Positions 40,188 to 53,100 of a stretch of 64,000 nt of DNA are shown piece by piece. Made by a program: the position numbers and the translations under genes. The DNA is from Octopus vulgaris (lineage: Eukaryota). The notes below the pieces were generated by a model. The model was not told where the DNA came from. It saw only the letters and a program-made list of their open reading frames with translations, and did not search any database. The stretch covers positions 47,182,001-47,246,000 of the forward strand of contig OX597814.1 of NCBI GenBank assembly GCA_951406725.2, written 5' to 3'. Positions within the stretch are counted from its first letter, which is position 1; every line of letters begins with the position of its first letter.

Positions 40188-42134
40188 GTAGGAAACGAAT
40201 ATGAAAAAAAAAAATTTGCGCAAACGAATCTAGTTGAGAGGAGGACTTTTGGAAAATTCACAAGACCCAATTTTTCCCTCATAACTTTCAGGAAAATGGA
40301 TATATATTGCAAAAAAAACAAAAAAACCAACACCCTCCCCTCCCAATTCTACAGTCTTGGCCTTCAAGCAGGCTATCCACATGCTAGAAATAACAGCCAA
40401 TTCTCAAATAGGCAAGACCATTTTCAGTTCCACAAACACACGATGTTTCGAGCTGGTCAAATGATTCTCTTTAATTTCAATTTGTCCCGGTATTTCTTTG
40501 CTATTTTTACTTTTCTTTTTTCAAAAGAGCTTGCTGTTATTTCTGCACTCATTTTTTGTAACTTTCAAAACAAAAAAAAAGTAACACTTTAATTTCACAT
40601 GAATTACTTTGTTATATTACTGTGGGAAATTACTCTGAAAGAAAGATGAGTAGATTGATTACATATTTCTTTCATTATTTTATCGCAGTTTTGTGAGATT
40701 TGGCTGTTATTTCTAGCATGTGGATAGCCTGCTTCAAGGCTAAGGCCGTAGAATTGGGAGGGGTATTTTTTTTTTTTTAATTGAAATTTTGCAAACAATT
40801 CTTTTTCAGAGTCGGATTCTTCATAACCGAAAACGTGGGATTCTGTAAAAGAAAAATCAATATATATCCATTTTCCTGAATGTTATGAGGGGAAAAATCG
40901 GATCTTGTGAATTTTCCGAAAGTCCCCAGGTTCGTTTGCGCAGTTTCACACTTCTTGAAAAACGTATTTTTTTGAAAAAATTCTTTCGGTTTCCTACGTT
41001 TTAGATGTCGGAGACTACGAATGTGCAAAAAAAAAAAAAAAAATTAATATTACCCCCTCCCCTTCCCCAATTTAAAGTTTTTGGTTTGTTTACTTTAAAG
41101 AGATCGTAGCGAATTGACGAGCATATGCAAATCGAAATTAAATACAAACAAAAACATTAAAGTGAAAAGAATTTTCATTTTACTTGTGTTTGCCTTAAAT
41201 AATCGTAAATAATAAATATAATGTAAATTAAATATATATCACATCCTCATGTGAGCGATTTTATGAGAAACAAACATTAATATTTTACAATTAATGTTAT
41301 AAAGTTTAAGAAGGAGCTCAAATTTCACCGCTCGCCCAATTTTAAATTTTGAACTTTTTCATTCATTTATTTATTTGTCTGTCCCTATCCGTTTATTCAT
41401 AAAATATATTTATCAACTGTGGCGGTCCTACAGTAGTTGTTTTTAGCACCAGGAAGACATTCATATCTATCTCTTTATACACATATCTATATGCTTATTG
41501 AATTTAAAACTTTCAAAACGTGGTTTCTTGCATACTCTTTTTTACTCTTTTACTTGTTTTAGTCATTTGACTGCGGCCATGCTGGAGCACCGCCTTTAAT
41601 CGAGCAAATCGACCCCAGTACTTATTCTTTTGTAAGCCCAGTACTTATTTTATCGGTCTCTTTTGCCGAACCGCTAAGTAACGGGGACATAAACACACCA
41701 GCATCGGTTGTCAAACAATGCTAGGGGGACAAACACAGACACACAAACACATACACACACACATATATATATATATATACATATATACGACAGGCTTCTT
41801 TCAGTTTCCGTCTACCAAATCCACTCACAAGGCTTTGGTCGGCCCGAGGCTATAGTAGAAGACACTTACCCAAGGTGCCACGCAGTGGGACTGAACCCGG
41901 AACCATGTGGTTGGTAAACAAGCTACTTACCACACAGCCACTCCTGCGCCTATCCAGAATCTCCATCATCTAAAACACAGGGGGGAAAAAATTTCGAAAA
42001 AGTTCAAAATTTTAAATGGAGTGGGGTGGGATTTTTTGGGGGGCATATTCGTAATCTCCGACATCTAAAACGTAAGAATCTGAAAAACACTTGTTAAAAA
42101 AAATGCATTTTTCAAGGAGACGTGCGAAACTGCA
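40188..42134. repeat. Overlapping inverted repeats in MRPL18 intron 1
   Basis: 40188-40406 pairs with 40694-40997; ~40938-41080 pairs with ~42005-42134; 41336-41360 pairs with 41996-42020. Confidence 0.85.
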
Positions 42135-42641
42135 TTAGCCCCTCATTTTCCACACGGTCAATATAAAGGTCAATATACAGAAGTACGATCAGCAAAGACA
42201 ATATTTGTTGTTTAACCCAAGGTCAGCTCTGATTGAGCAAACAAATAATTAAAAGTGCTCAAGCCGTGAGTGCATTCCATGATTTTTTTTTAATTAGTAT
42301 GCATCCAGGACCATCTTGTGCAAAGTGTCCTTCCAATTTTAAATATACACTTATTTTAATTGACTTCGAAATAATGAAAAGCACAGTGATCCCTGAAAGG
42401 ATTTGAATTCAGAACTCCTAGGTGTGGTAACAGAAAACACTATAAATATGAAGGCGTTACTGTGGCTTTCATTCTTCATCCTTGGGAAGGAGAATTAGAT
42501 GACTAAATAAACAAAACAGACATGGTCTACGACTATTTACAGCCTCTTAAAATATCTCTACAATGAATATATGGAAGTCTTATAGTATGTGCAATGTTTT
42601 CGGCAACCTTAAAAACAAATGAAATAGCCAGAATACTTTAC

Positions 42642-42717
42642 CGGTCGAAATTGGTAACTGTGTTTGTGTATTTAAAAGTGTTACAGAGCGACGTAATGAC
42701 CTTAACAGCGCAGCCAT
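42642..42717 (-). CDS. MRPL18: MRPL18 (uL18m) coding exon 1, likely mitochondrial targeting peptide
   Basis: Strong Kozak context gaagccATGG at 42717. Encodes MAALLRSLRRSVTLLNTQTQLPIST (Arg/Ser/Leu-rich, no acidic residues). Donor G|gtaaag gives phase 1, matching the next exon. Confidence 0.85.
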
Positions 42718-43389
42718 GGCTTCGCTGCCCCTTTTTAAAAACACATAGGTTGTACAAAACATGAAACCGAAACCTCGGAACGAAATTAGAGATTTACTTT
42801 TCTAATTTCTATAAATTTAATGATTTGTATAAATTTAATAAGATAGATTTATAAGAATTCATAAATTTAAACTTTAATGATAATTTCCTCTTTTCGTTAA
42901 TAATTGATAAAATATCACAAATCATCTATTTTTAAAAATTATCTTTGAATTAATATAGATTAAACGGTTATTAAAATGCTAGATGTGAAAATAAGATTTT
43001 TTGTAGAGTAATCAAGTTTTTAAGGGATCGTGATGAATAAATAATTGAAGAACGTCTGAAATGAAATAATATCTGGTTTAGATCTTCATACTGCATCACT
43101 CAATTGACAAAAAATATCGTGAATGTTTTTAAAAAATAGGAGACAAATTTTTACTGTTTGTATTTTGAAGTAAATATCAAAGTTTACTAAACTGATTATT
43201 TATAGTGGCACGAGTCGATTAAATTCTAAAATTATTTAATATATTATTAAAATATTTTGCATTAGCCCTGTGTTAAACATTCTTCTCAAAGGAGACGTAC
43301 GTATAGTTTCACCGGTTCCAAGAAGTTTACATTGAGCACGTGGATTGCGATCGACAACAATTGTGTTTTGTGAAGACAAACTGCTTACT
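42718..43389. promoter_or_regulatory. Putative bidirectional promoter and 5' UTRs shared by MRPL18 and NLE1
   Basis: 672 bp between divergent ATGs, free of recognisable repeats, with CpG visibly more frequent than in most intron sequence. E-box CACGTG at 43337-43342 (another at 43532-43537 in NLE1 intron 1) and CACGAG at 43209-43214. Confidence 0.75.
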
Positions 43390-43394
43390 ATGGC
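43390..43394 (+). CDS. NLE1: NLE1 coding exon 1 (only ATG GC is coding)
   Basis: ATGGC|gtaagg leaves phase 2, which completes GCG with the first base of exon 2 to give MADGDVKRIL. It lies in the CpG-retaining promoter region. Confidence 0.7.
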
Positions 43395-45319
43395 GTAAGG
43401 AATCTATGACATTTTGTTCGTTCTTTAGAAACCTCTAATTATGCATTGTTGTCGTCTGTTTGAGAAAATGTTTACACTTCCATTTATCAAAACAAGTCGA
43501 TGTATTACTACTTTGTTTTTATATATATATACACGTGTTTCTTTGATTCATTCCTTTAATTTGATTGTACAATAATTGCCGGAATTATATACTTTTAGAT
43601 CATTGAAATTAATTTTTAGGAATAATTTTAAAGACGACTTTTTACTTCAGTTTATATATATATATCATGAAATTATAACTTTACTTTGAGAAAACCGTAC
43701 TAGACAACGCCAAAGTTGATACAGTTTTAACCTGTTGTGTCCTATAAAAGCTGTTTAAATAGAAAAACAAAATAAAAATCGTTTCATCCGTGACGTCTGT
43801 ATGTATGAATTAACACTTGTTAACGTGACACGCTAAAGTGAAATATCTTGTCTCTAGCAGTTTCCTGTGAGATTTACTTAAATTTCTAGGAGTTAAGTTT
43901 TGATTTTGATGGGATTTTTTTCTATATTGGGAAGTTGTGCGTATATTTTTTAGTAGAGATGTTTGATGACAATTGAAGTTGATAATCTACAAACATAAAT
44001 ATGTATAAACTATTATTTCTTCCTGAAAACAAAAGCACATGTTGATAGATTTGATCAATTGGTTCAGCTAACGCCAAATGTCATTTTAGGAGGCTGACTT
44101 GCCTAAAGTTCCAATACTGTCGTATTAAGATGTAATGCTTATTTGAGGAATACGCTCTTCAACAATAAGGAATGATGAGATCAAATCCCATGACATTGTA
44201 CTATGTTCTTTGATAAGCACAGTACTTAATTTTGTTTCGAATGATGGACTTCTTCGTCTATAGGGAGTTTAACATAATCTAGAGTTACCTCCCTTCTATA
44301 ATTAAACTGTTAAATTTACATAGTTTAGTCATTTTAATTCAAACAGAAGTAGCATTTAAAAAAAAAAATATTCTTTGACAAACTTATATGCGGAAACTGG
44401 TGCTAATGTTAGCTCTTCTTGAAAATTCCACATTTGCCACTTGTTACCTGCTTTCCATTAGCCTCTTAGTAATAACGTGGCTGTAAAAAAAGTATGCTTT
44501 ATTGTTCAGAAATAGTGAAATGAAATGTGCGATATCATTTTTAAAAACGATATGTATTTTAAAGTTTGCTATTAGAATAAAGATAACATTGCTTATTTTT
44601 TTACTATTTAATGTTTTTAGATATATTTTGACTGTACTCATTAAAGTGGCTTAAATGAAATGCTTCAATTCTAGAACCAAAGTTACAATATTTTGTTTTT
44701 AGATACAATAATTCTTAATGTTCATAAGAAATACGATTTTACTTTTGATCTCTGATGGAATTAATGTTACAGTATATAATTGTTTCAGGAAGATCCGCAG
44801 CAGAAGTGATAAGACCAATCCTTCTGGTGGTGTAAAGCACTCATGGCAGTACCACATAGGAGCACTTGTGTGGTGCCATGTAAAAGCACCCAGCACACTG
44901 TACAGTGATTGGTTTTAGGAAGGGCATCCAGCCATAGAAACCATGCCAAATCAAACTGGAGTACAGTGTTTCCCCCACCCTTTCCATCTTGCAGCTCAGG
45001 TCTCACTATTCAACCCATACCAGCTTGGACAATGGACATTAAATGATATGATGATGATGATAAGGCAGAAGGCTTTCACTTTTGAAGGGCAGGGATTTGT
45101 CAATACCATCTATTCTAGTACTTAATTGGTACGTTATTTTAATGGCCCTCAAGGGATGAAGAACAAAGTTGACCCTAGAAGGATTTGAACTGATGATACA
45201 AAAAGCTGGAAGAAATATCTCAAATCATTTTTCTGGCACTCTAACAATTCAGCCAATCTCTCACCCTTGTTATAGTGTATGACAAAATTAAAGTCATGTT
45301 CACAATAAAATTGAAGTGC

Positions 45320-45351
<32 letters not shown>

Positions 45352-46150
45352 TTAGCGTCCGCTTTCCATGCTAGCATGGGTTGGACGGGTCAACTGGGGT
45401 CTGTGAAGCTGGAAGGCTTCGTCAGGCCCAGTCAGATCTGGCAGTGTTTCTACGGCTGATCAATTAATTATAAATTTTTTTTTATGTACGCGCTCAATAT
45501 GCATTGAACTTTTACTTCTCCATGTTTTCTTTTCATCGAATTTATTGTAAATAGAATAACATTTCAACGTTTAAAAGACAGGAAATCTTACGTTTAAACA
45601 GTTGACAATAGTAGTTATTTTGAATTATAATTATATAATGAAAGAGATAGTTGTAAATGGAAATGAGGGCTTTCTTACAATATTACTTTGTATTGAATGA
45701 AATTTAAAGCTTTAATGCTTTTTTAAGAATATTTTTTTTTAAATGCTACTTCTTTGAAATGAGAAAAAAAAAACTCATACTTAGCTTTAGATGGCTTTTT
45801 TAAAACATTAATACAATCATCTAAATAAATTTGACCGAGTACTAGACACAGCAGCTGAAAGCAAGTTACTTTGTATCCTAATACAACTACTGTGTCCATG
45901 GTCATGACACTGAGTTGTAAGTAGATTCCACAGGTAGTCATGCTAACTGTTCTAAACATTAAGTCCTATAAAATTGATGAAGTTTTGTAGTAGTCCTCTA
46001 AGTCAATTCCTCCTTTAATTAGAGAGTTATAGCTCCTTTAACTGTAGCTAGTGGATTAAATCTCTCATCCTAAGTCTACAATGACAGTTATCAGGACATT
46101 TTGGAGTTGTTTTTCCTTAATTTTTTTTTAATTTGGTTATTGATTATCAG

Positions 46151-46283
46151 GGATGGAGATGTGAAGAGGATTTTAACCCAGTTTAAGTCTGAAACAGGAG
46201 AAGTAACTGGTGCACCATTTGATCTACCCATCAATATCACAGTTGACAAGCTTCAGTTGATATGTAATGCTATTCTAAAACAG
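46151..46283 (+). CDS. NLE1: NLE1 exon 2, NLE (ubiquitin-like) domain
   Basis: Acceptor tatcag|, donor CAG|gtaaga. DGDVKRILTQFKSETGEVTGAPFDLPINITVDKLQLICNAILKQ resembles human [40 protein letters not shown]. Confidence 0.95.
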
Positions 46284-46543
46284 GTAAGAAATAGGAAACT
46301 CAAATTCCTCATTATTATAAGATAAAATCCTTATTTTCTTATATTCTAGTATTCTAATAGCTATATTGTTGATCTGGACAAAGTAAAAAAATTTTAAAAC
46401 CATAAAGTTCTATCTGACTATAATTTGCATATCATTATCTGAAGTGTTTCTCTTGTTTGCTTTTATTTGCTTGTCTTTTTTATATATTTTTCAAATGTTT
46501 CTGTTAGTTCTGTTTATATCAATATTTTATATCTCATGTTCAG

Positions 46544-46764
46544 GAGGAGCCTGTGCCCTATGCCTTCTATATCAAAGAATCTGAAATCACAGAATCACTT
46601 GAGAACACTCTAACAAAAGATGATTTGGAAAGCAGTGAACAAGTTCTAGAAATTATTTATCAACCTCAGGCTGTGTTCCGAGTGAGGGCTGTAACTCGTT
46701 GTACAAGTAGTCTTGTTGGACATGCAGAAGCTGTGTTATCAGTATCCTTCAGTCCTGATGGAAG
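46544..46764 (+). CDS. NLE1: NLE1 exon 3, NLE domain end and WD40 repeat 1
   Basis: Acceptor ttcag|, donor AG|gttagt. EEPVPYAFYIKESEI...LEIIYQPQAVFRVRAVTRCTSSLVGHAEAVLSVSFSPDG contains the hallmark IYQPQAxFRVRAVTRCTSSL. Confidence 0.97.
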
Positions 46765-47222
46765 GTTAGTGTAAAGTTATTCTTTTTCTTTAATTTGTGA
46801 AATTTAAAATTATTAAATTAAACTGAAAGATGAAATAAACAATACAGTATTATAGTAAATACTACATTGACTACAATGAGTAAATGAATGGATGTCACTA
46901 TTCATTAGTTACTAAGATATGAGGCCCATAAGACCCTTTCACCTTGTTGAGATCATGGCAACCCCTCTAGTTGTTATGATCTTATGCATCCAGTTCACTG
47001 CTGAGTGGTTGGTGCTTGAAAGGGCATTCAACCATAGAAAGTAAACAAAAATTAAAATTTATGCATGAAAACACAGTTTAGAATATTCCAAATAAAATGT
47101 GCATCAAGATAATTTGATTTCAAATCTGATAAGAAAAAAAAATAATATTATTACTTCAGTATTATTATTTTGCTTCTTTTTCTTCAGAATGAACAGCACG
47201 TTTATTTTTATTTATATTTCAG

Positions 47223-47302
47223 ATATTTAGCAAGTGGTTCTGGTGATACAACAGTCAGATTCTGGGATGTTAATACTGAAACACCACAGTTTGTTGGAAA
47301 AG
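47223..47302 (+). CDS. NLE1: NLE1 exon 4, WD40
   Basis: Acceptor tttcag|, donor G|gtgggt. Encodes YLASGSGDTTVRFWDVNTETPQFVGK (human YLASGSGDTTVRFWDLSTETPHFTCK). Confidence 0.96.
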
Positions 47303-48500
47303 GTGGGTTTTTTTTTTTAAAGTTTTAAGAACACGAAGTATGAACTTAGGTTTTAGAATATCTTTGTTTTTTTTTTATTAACTTTTGATTAAAAGAAACT
47401 CTGTATAAAATTTGTTTCATAATTACACATTAAGATTTGGAAAGAAAAGGAAAGGGAGAAATTGTATGTGTGCATGCTCTCAATGTCAGTCAATGTTCCC
47501 CAAGCTGGCTTCTATCTTTCATAAATTGCTCTCTCTCTCTCTCTCTCTCTCAAACACACACACAGATGCTTATTGTGAACACCAGCACTAAAGTAACTCA
47601 CTTCCTTGAGGAGTTTCTGCATCTTATGTGACAACATACAAACAAACCACTAAATTTATTATGAACATCAGCATCATCATTGTTTAATGTCTGTTTTCCA
47701 TGCTAGCATGGATTGGACGGTTTGACATGGAGCTGGTCAGCCAGGGAACTGTCCAGGCTCCATTTGTCTGTTGTGGCATGGTTTCTATGACTGGATGCCA
47801 TTTCTAATACCAACCACTTTACAGAGTGTACTGAGTGCTTTTTACATTCCATTGGAACAGGTGCATTTTACGTGGCCCCAGCACCAGTAGAGGAACAAGT
47901 GATTTTACTTAGCTTGATGTGTTTTCTCAAGTACAGCAAATCACCATAACTCCCAGTCCCTTGTTATTTCCTCAGTGATGCCCAGCATCCAAAGATTTCT
48001 TTCTTACCACTTCGTCCCACTTCTTCCTGGGTCTATCCCTTCCACAGGTTCCCTCATGGACACCCACACTAGATAAGTTGCCCTTGATAATGTGCAGAGA
48101 GCTTTCACCACTTGTCTTGAAATTTAATAACTGGGTCAGTGTAAAAAAGGATAACTATGTTTATTATAGACATCAATACAATGATGTTCTCTTCATATAT
48201 TCTTTACGTCGTATTAACTGTAGAATTTTCAACCTTGAAAGATAGGTAGACAAACACAGAGAGAGAGATGTATAAAGTTCTCTCATCTTCAGTATAATGT
48301 AGTTTGTGCCATGTGTAATTTGGCATTTCAGACTGCTATGTCTTATGTGTGGATTGAATCCCACAGTTTGAGATTAATAGTTCTGGAAATCATAATTATT
48401 CAGTATATTATTTTCACCTCTTTCCTTATTGAATATGAGTTTTGTTTGTAATACATTTTCAAACTAATTTTTGTATTGTTTTCTTCTTTTGCTTTGGCAG

Positions 48501-48577
48501 TTCATAAACATTGGATATTGTGTATTGCATGGTCACCAAATGGACAGAAATTAGCTTCAGGCTGTAAAAAAAGTCAG
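48501..48577 (+). CDS. NLE1: NLE1 exon 5, WD40
   Basis: Acceptor tttggcag|, donor CAG|gtatga. Encodes VHKHWILCIAWSPNGQKLASGCKKSQ (human GHRHWVLSISWSPDGRKLASGCKNGQ). Confidence 0.96.
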
Positions 48578-49950
48578 GTATGATCAGTTGTTCAATACTC
48601 ACAGCCATTTTGTCTAACTTATCATTATTTTACTAAAAATCAATTTTTATCTTGTCCTGATTTGAATTGGAAGATTATTTCAGACCATTTTCCCATGAGA
48701 GTTGTCATTCATTTCTGATTATTTACATCTATACCACTCCCTTCCTAGTATAGTTTTAGTTTCTTAGTTCCTAACCATTTATTATTCCTTGAATTGTATA
48801 ATTTGACCAAATATCTTGTCTAATATAAATCTAAAAGAAACAATTAAATTTTATGATTTTCTCTTAAGGTGGAAAGGCAGCTCCCTTAGCCTTTTGTCAG
48901 GTCTCTAAGACTGTCAACTGAAAGATAAGAAACCATAACTCATTGTTTCCTACTGTAATGGTAAGCAGTATATAAGGAGTTTTTGTTAGACAGGAGACCT
49001 TGTTCATATAGCTTAGAACAGAACAGATTCCACAAAAGGCACCCATGGGTCTGGTGGTAGTCTTAAACCACTCAGTTGATTAATCCATAGAAATCATCAT
49101 CGCCATCATCATTTGATGTCTGTTTTCCATGCTAGCATGCATTAGATGGTTTGACAGGAGCTGGCTGACCAGAGAGCTGCCCACTTCCATTTGTCTGTTT
49201 TAGAATGGTTTCTACAGCTTGATGCTCTTCCTAATGGTAACCACTTTATAGAGTGTGCTGAATACTTTTTATGTGACACCAACACGAGTGGATTTTGCAT
49301 AGTGCTGGCACAAGTGCCCTTTACATGGTACCTGCCTGAGTGCTTTTTATGTGCCACCAATACAGATACTTTTTATGTAGCCCTAGCACAGGTCGTAAAG
49401 GACTTGCATGTATGCATGGATGGCCACAGTTTTACTTAGCTTGATGTGTCTTCTCAAGCACAGCAATTCAACATTAGTCTGAGTCCCTTGTCATCTCCTC
49501 AGTGAGGCCCAAAATCTGGAGATCTTTTCTCTCTACCTCATCCCGTGTCTTCTTGAGTTTAACCCTTCCACAAATTGCCTCCACAATTAGAAATGGAAAT
49601 ATGAACTAAAATTCCCTAAATATGTCAGTGTAAATTATGTCCCAAAATATGTCTGTTTAAAAGTATGTAAGAAATGCTAGATTTCAAATGTAATGTACCA
49701 TTTCCAAGACAACATAAAGTTCACATTCCTTAATAGCTATAAGAGCCTAAGACTGTGCTAATAATCCTAACCAATTTTATGTTTTTAAAACTGTGACAAA
49801 GTCTATGAAAGCTGTGATCTCTCTATTACCAAACAAAATAGTTTTGTATATTATTTAACTCTGAATATATACAATTTCCATTTTAAAATATGATGCATGT
49901 CTATTTTCTGTTTCAAACCTGATGTAATGCTTTACATTATATTTTTGTAG

Positions 49951-50048
49951 GTTGTTATATGGGACCCTGCTACAGGCAAACAAATCGGTCGGTCACTATT
50001 AGGTCATAAGCAATGGATAACGTGTTTGGCTTGGAAACCATTGCATTT
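49951..50048 (+). CDS. NLE1: NLE1 exon 6, WD40
   Basis: Acceptor ttttgtag|, donor TT|gtaagt. Encodes VVIWDPATGKQIGRSLLGHKQWITCLAWKPLH (human ILLWDPSTGKQVGRTLAGHSKWITGLSWEPLH). Confidence 0.96.
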
Positions 50049-50354
50049 GTAAGTTCATTCTTCTCTTAAATTGTTCACCAGAATTACATTTTCATAAACT
50101 AGGATTACCTCTTTCTTTGCTTATAAAACAATCACAATAATATCTTTCTTTTATCTTTCACTTGTTTCAGTCATTGGACTATGGCCATGTTGGGGCATGA
50201 CCCTGAAGGGTTTAGTCAAACAAATTGCCCCCGTACTTATTTTTAAACCTGGTATCTATTGTATTAGTCTCTTATGCCAAACCACTAAGTTATGAGGACA
50301 TAAACAAACCAACACTGATTGTTAAGTGGTGGTGGGGGACAAATACAAAAGCAG

Positions 50355-50387
<33 letters not shown>

Positions 50388-51254
50388 GAGAAACTTCTTT
50401 CAGTTTCCATCTACCAAACCCACTCAGAAGGTTTTGGTTAGCACGAGGCTTATAGAAGAAGACGTTTGCCCAAAGTGCCATGCAGTGGGACTGAACTTAA
50501 GACCACATAGTTGGACAGCAAGCCTCTCAGCCACACACCCTCATCTGCACCTATAGCTTGATTGATTTTTTTTGTTTGTTTATCTTCTGGTTTGCAATAG
50601 TAAATCTTACTATGGGCAATATGCAGCTGCAACAGCAGCAGCAGTAGTATTAGTAATAGTAGTATTACCCCTGTGTTGCTGCTTTGCATATCATCATCAT
50701 CATCATCATTGTCGTTTAATGTCCACTTTCCACGCTGGCATGGGTTGGACGATTTGACTGAGGACTGGTAAACCAGATGGCTGCACCAGGCTCCAATTTT
50801 GATTTGGCAGAGTTTCTACAGCTGGATGCCCTTCCTAATGCCAACCACTCCGAGAGTGTAGTGGGTGCTTTTATGTGCCACCAGCATTAGGGCCAGTTAG
50901 GCGGTATTTGCAACGGTCACGGAAAATCATATATGCATTGAATTAGGCTGTGTTGGTGATTGTACACCTTGCATGTCTAAATGATTTTGCAGCTTTAGCT
51001 TTGTATTTTTATTTGATTTGGATCATTTTATGTACCCATGAAACCCATTATGATTCAGAGAGATGGTGTCAAAGGATTATAATTATGTAAGCATAGTGTA
51101 ATAGATGTACAGTTACATAAAGAGATTATATATACTGAAACTGAATTTTGTGATAAAACTGAGCATCCTAACATTCTGCTTCTCGAATGTGGTAGGTTCT
51201 TTCTTTTGTACCAGCTTTCATTCTTTTTCCAACTCTGCTTTAATAACTGTGTTA

Positions 51255-53100
51255 CCCCCAGAGCAGTGGGAAATTGATAGTGTCATTCCCTTGTTCAAAA
51301 AGGATGATCGCACCTCATCTGTCAACTACTGTCCAGTCAGTCTTACTTGCTGCATTGCTAAACTGATGAAGTTCTGTTTCAGAGAAACACCCTAGAAATT
51401 CTGGAATCCTCACAACCTTATTTGACCCACACAATTTGGATTTATCCCTAACTCCAGCTACTGTGGCCAACTCATTAAGCCTCTTCTCCTTATTTCCTCA
51501 AAGCCATCCATCATCTCGAAAGAGTCCAGAAGCTGGCTACTCGCATGGTTCTTGGTCTCAAGCATTTGTCTTATGAAGAAAGGCTGAAGACGCTCGACCT
51601 TTATTCTCTAGAAAAACGCCGCTGCCGTGGTGATCTCATTCTTGCTCACAACATCATAAGTGGAAAGTGTAACCTCTCAAAAGAGCTGTTCTTCACTCCT
51701 GCTCCAGAGCATGGGCTGTGGGGTCACTCTGAAAAGCTCTATCTACAACGATTTCATCTCAATCGAAGGAGAGGGGCTTTCTCCATCCGGGTTGCGGATC
51801 CGTGGAATAAGCTGCCGGACGAGATAGTGAAGATGCCGACAACCGCTCAGTTCAAAGTCTCTCTTGACCAGAAATGGCCTGAACTCTTTGTATGACCACC
51901 CTCCCTGTACATAATTCCCTGTCCCCTTACATGGCCTTGCTTTTGCTTTTTGAGCCAATAAAAATTGAATTGAATCGAATTGAAGACTTCACCCAAATTA
52001 GTGATGGCAGCTTATGGCTAGATGTTATCTATCTTGACTTTACCAAAGCCTTCAATTCTGTGCCACACGAATGACTGATGACAAAACTTACTGTAATGGG
52101 TGTGAAAAATGATCTCTATTATAACTGGCTGAAGTCCTTCATTCTTGGTCAAAAAGTGGTAATCATGATTCTAGGACATCATTCATCACCTTATGAGATG
52201 ACACCTGCTGAAACCACAGGGATACATTCTTGGACTCCTATTGTTTGTTGCATATATTAATGACATAGATGCTAACTAGAAGAATTTTGCAGTGTTGAAA
52301 TATGTAGAGGAGATCCAAGTGGTACCTCAAGATAAAAAGAACAGATCCTATATGCAATAGATCTTTCTTGCAAATCAACCCTGGACACTATGCAGCAATG
52401 AATTACAAACTGGCAACTCAAGCTGGCTGTGTGACAAGTGCACCACCATGCATTTTGGGTGGTAAAACCCAGCTTTTACATGCTCCCTCAACAACACCAA
52501 GCTTAAGAAGTGTGTTAGCAAATGTGACCTGGGTATTATTGTCAACAGCAATCTACATTGGAGAAACCACATCTCTAAGATTATCAAGAAGGCTGAGGGT
52601 GTCTTAGCATCACTCAGTAAGACCTTTGTTGGCTGCTCTCCAGCTATCAATTTAAAGTTGTATATGACTATGGTACATCCACGCTTAAAAGTTTGCATCA
52701 CCAGTGTGGAACTCATCTTACTCAGCATATCAATCTCCTGGAAACTGTTCAGAAATATGCAACCAGAAGAAATACCCACCATCTGCCATACTTTGAATGT
52801 TTTGCTTTCCTAGGCATGGACACATTGAAGCTCCAACATCTAGCTACTACCTTGGTAGACACCCACAAAATTAAACACCATTTTCCTAACAACAACCTTG
52901 GGCACCTTTTTGAATTTCATGTCTAACATCTGTTGACATGATTACAAAATCATAAAACAACACAGTACCCATGATTTTGGAAACATTTTTTTTTTACATA
53001 GACAATTGCTGCAGCATAGAACAAACTACCTGCATAGAACAACTACATCCTCCAAAACTTCCGTGCTTCCCAAAATTCAGCAGCACAGCACACCTGATTC
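51255..53100 (+). mobile_element. Old CR1-like LINE RT remnant, interrupted by a younger CR1 3' end
   Basis: WEIDSVIPLFKKDDRTSSVNYCPVSLTCCIAKLM, QFGF, then after the insert LDVIYLDFTKAFNSVPH and LLETVQKYATR. Confidence 0.85.
51480..51983 (+). mobile_element. 5'-truncated CR1 LINE 3' end with (AATTG)n-like tail
   Basis: Open ORF end LERVQKLATRMVLGLKHLSYEERLKTLDLYSLEKRRCRGDLI...FSIRVADPWNKLP, short UTR, AATAAA and aattgaattgaatcgaattg tail; CpG retained. Confidence 0.9.

Noticed and set aside
43960-44030. C/D box snoRNA candidate in NLE1 intron 1 (TTGATGA...CTGA)
   Set aside because: Non-canonical C box, very AT-rich interior, weak terminal stem and no recognisable rRNA-complementary guide.
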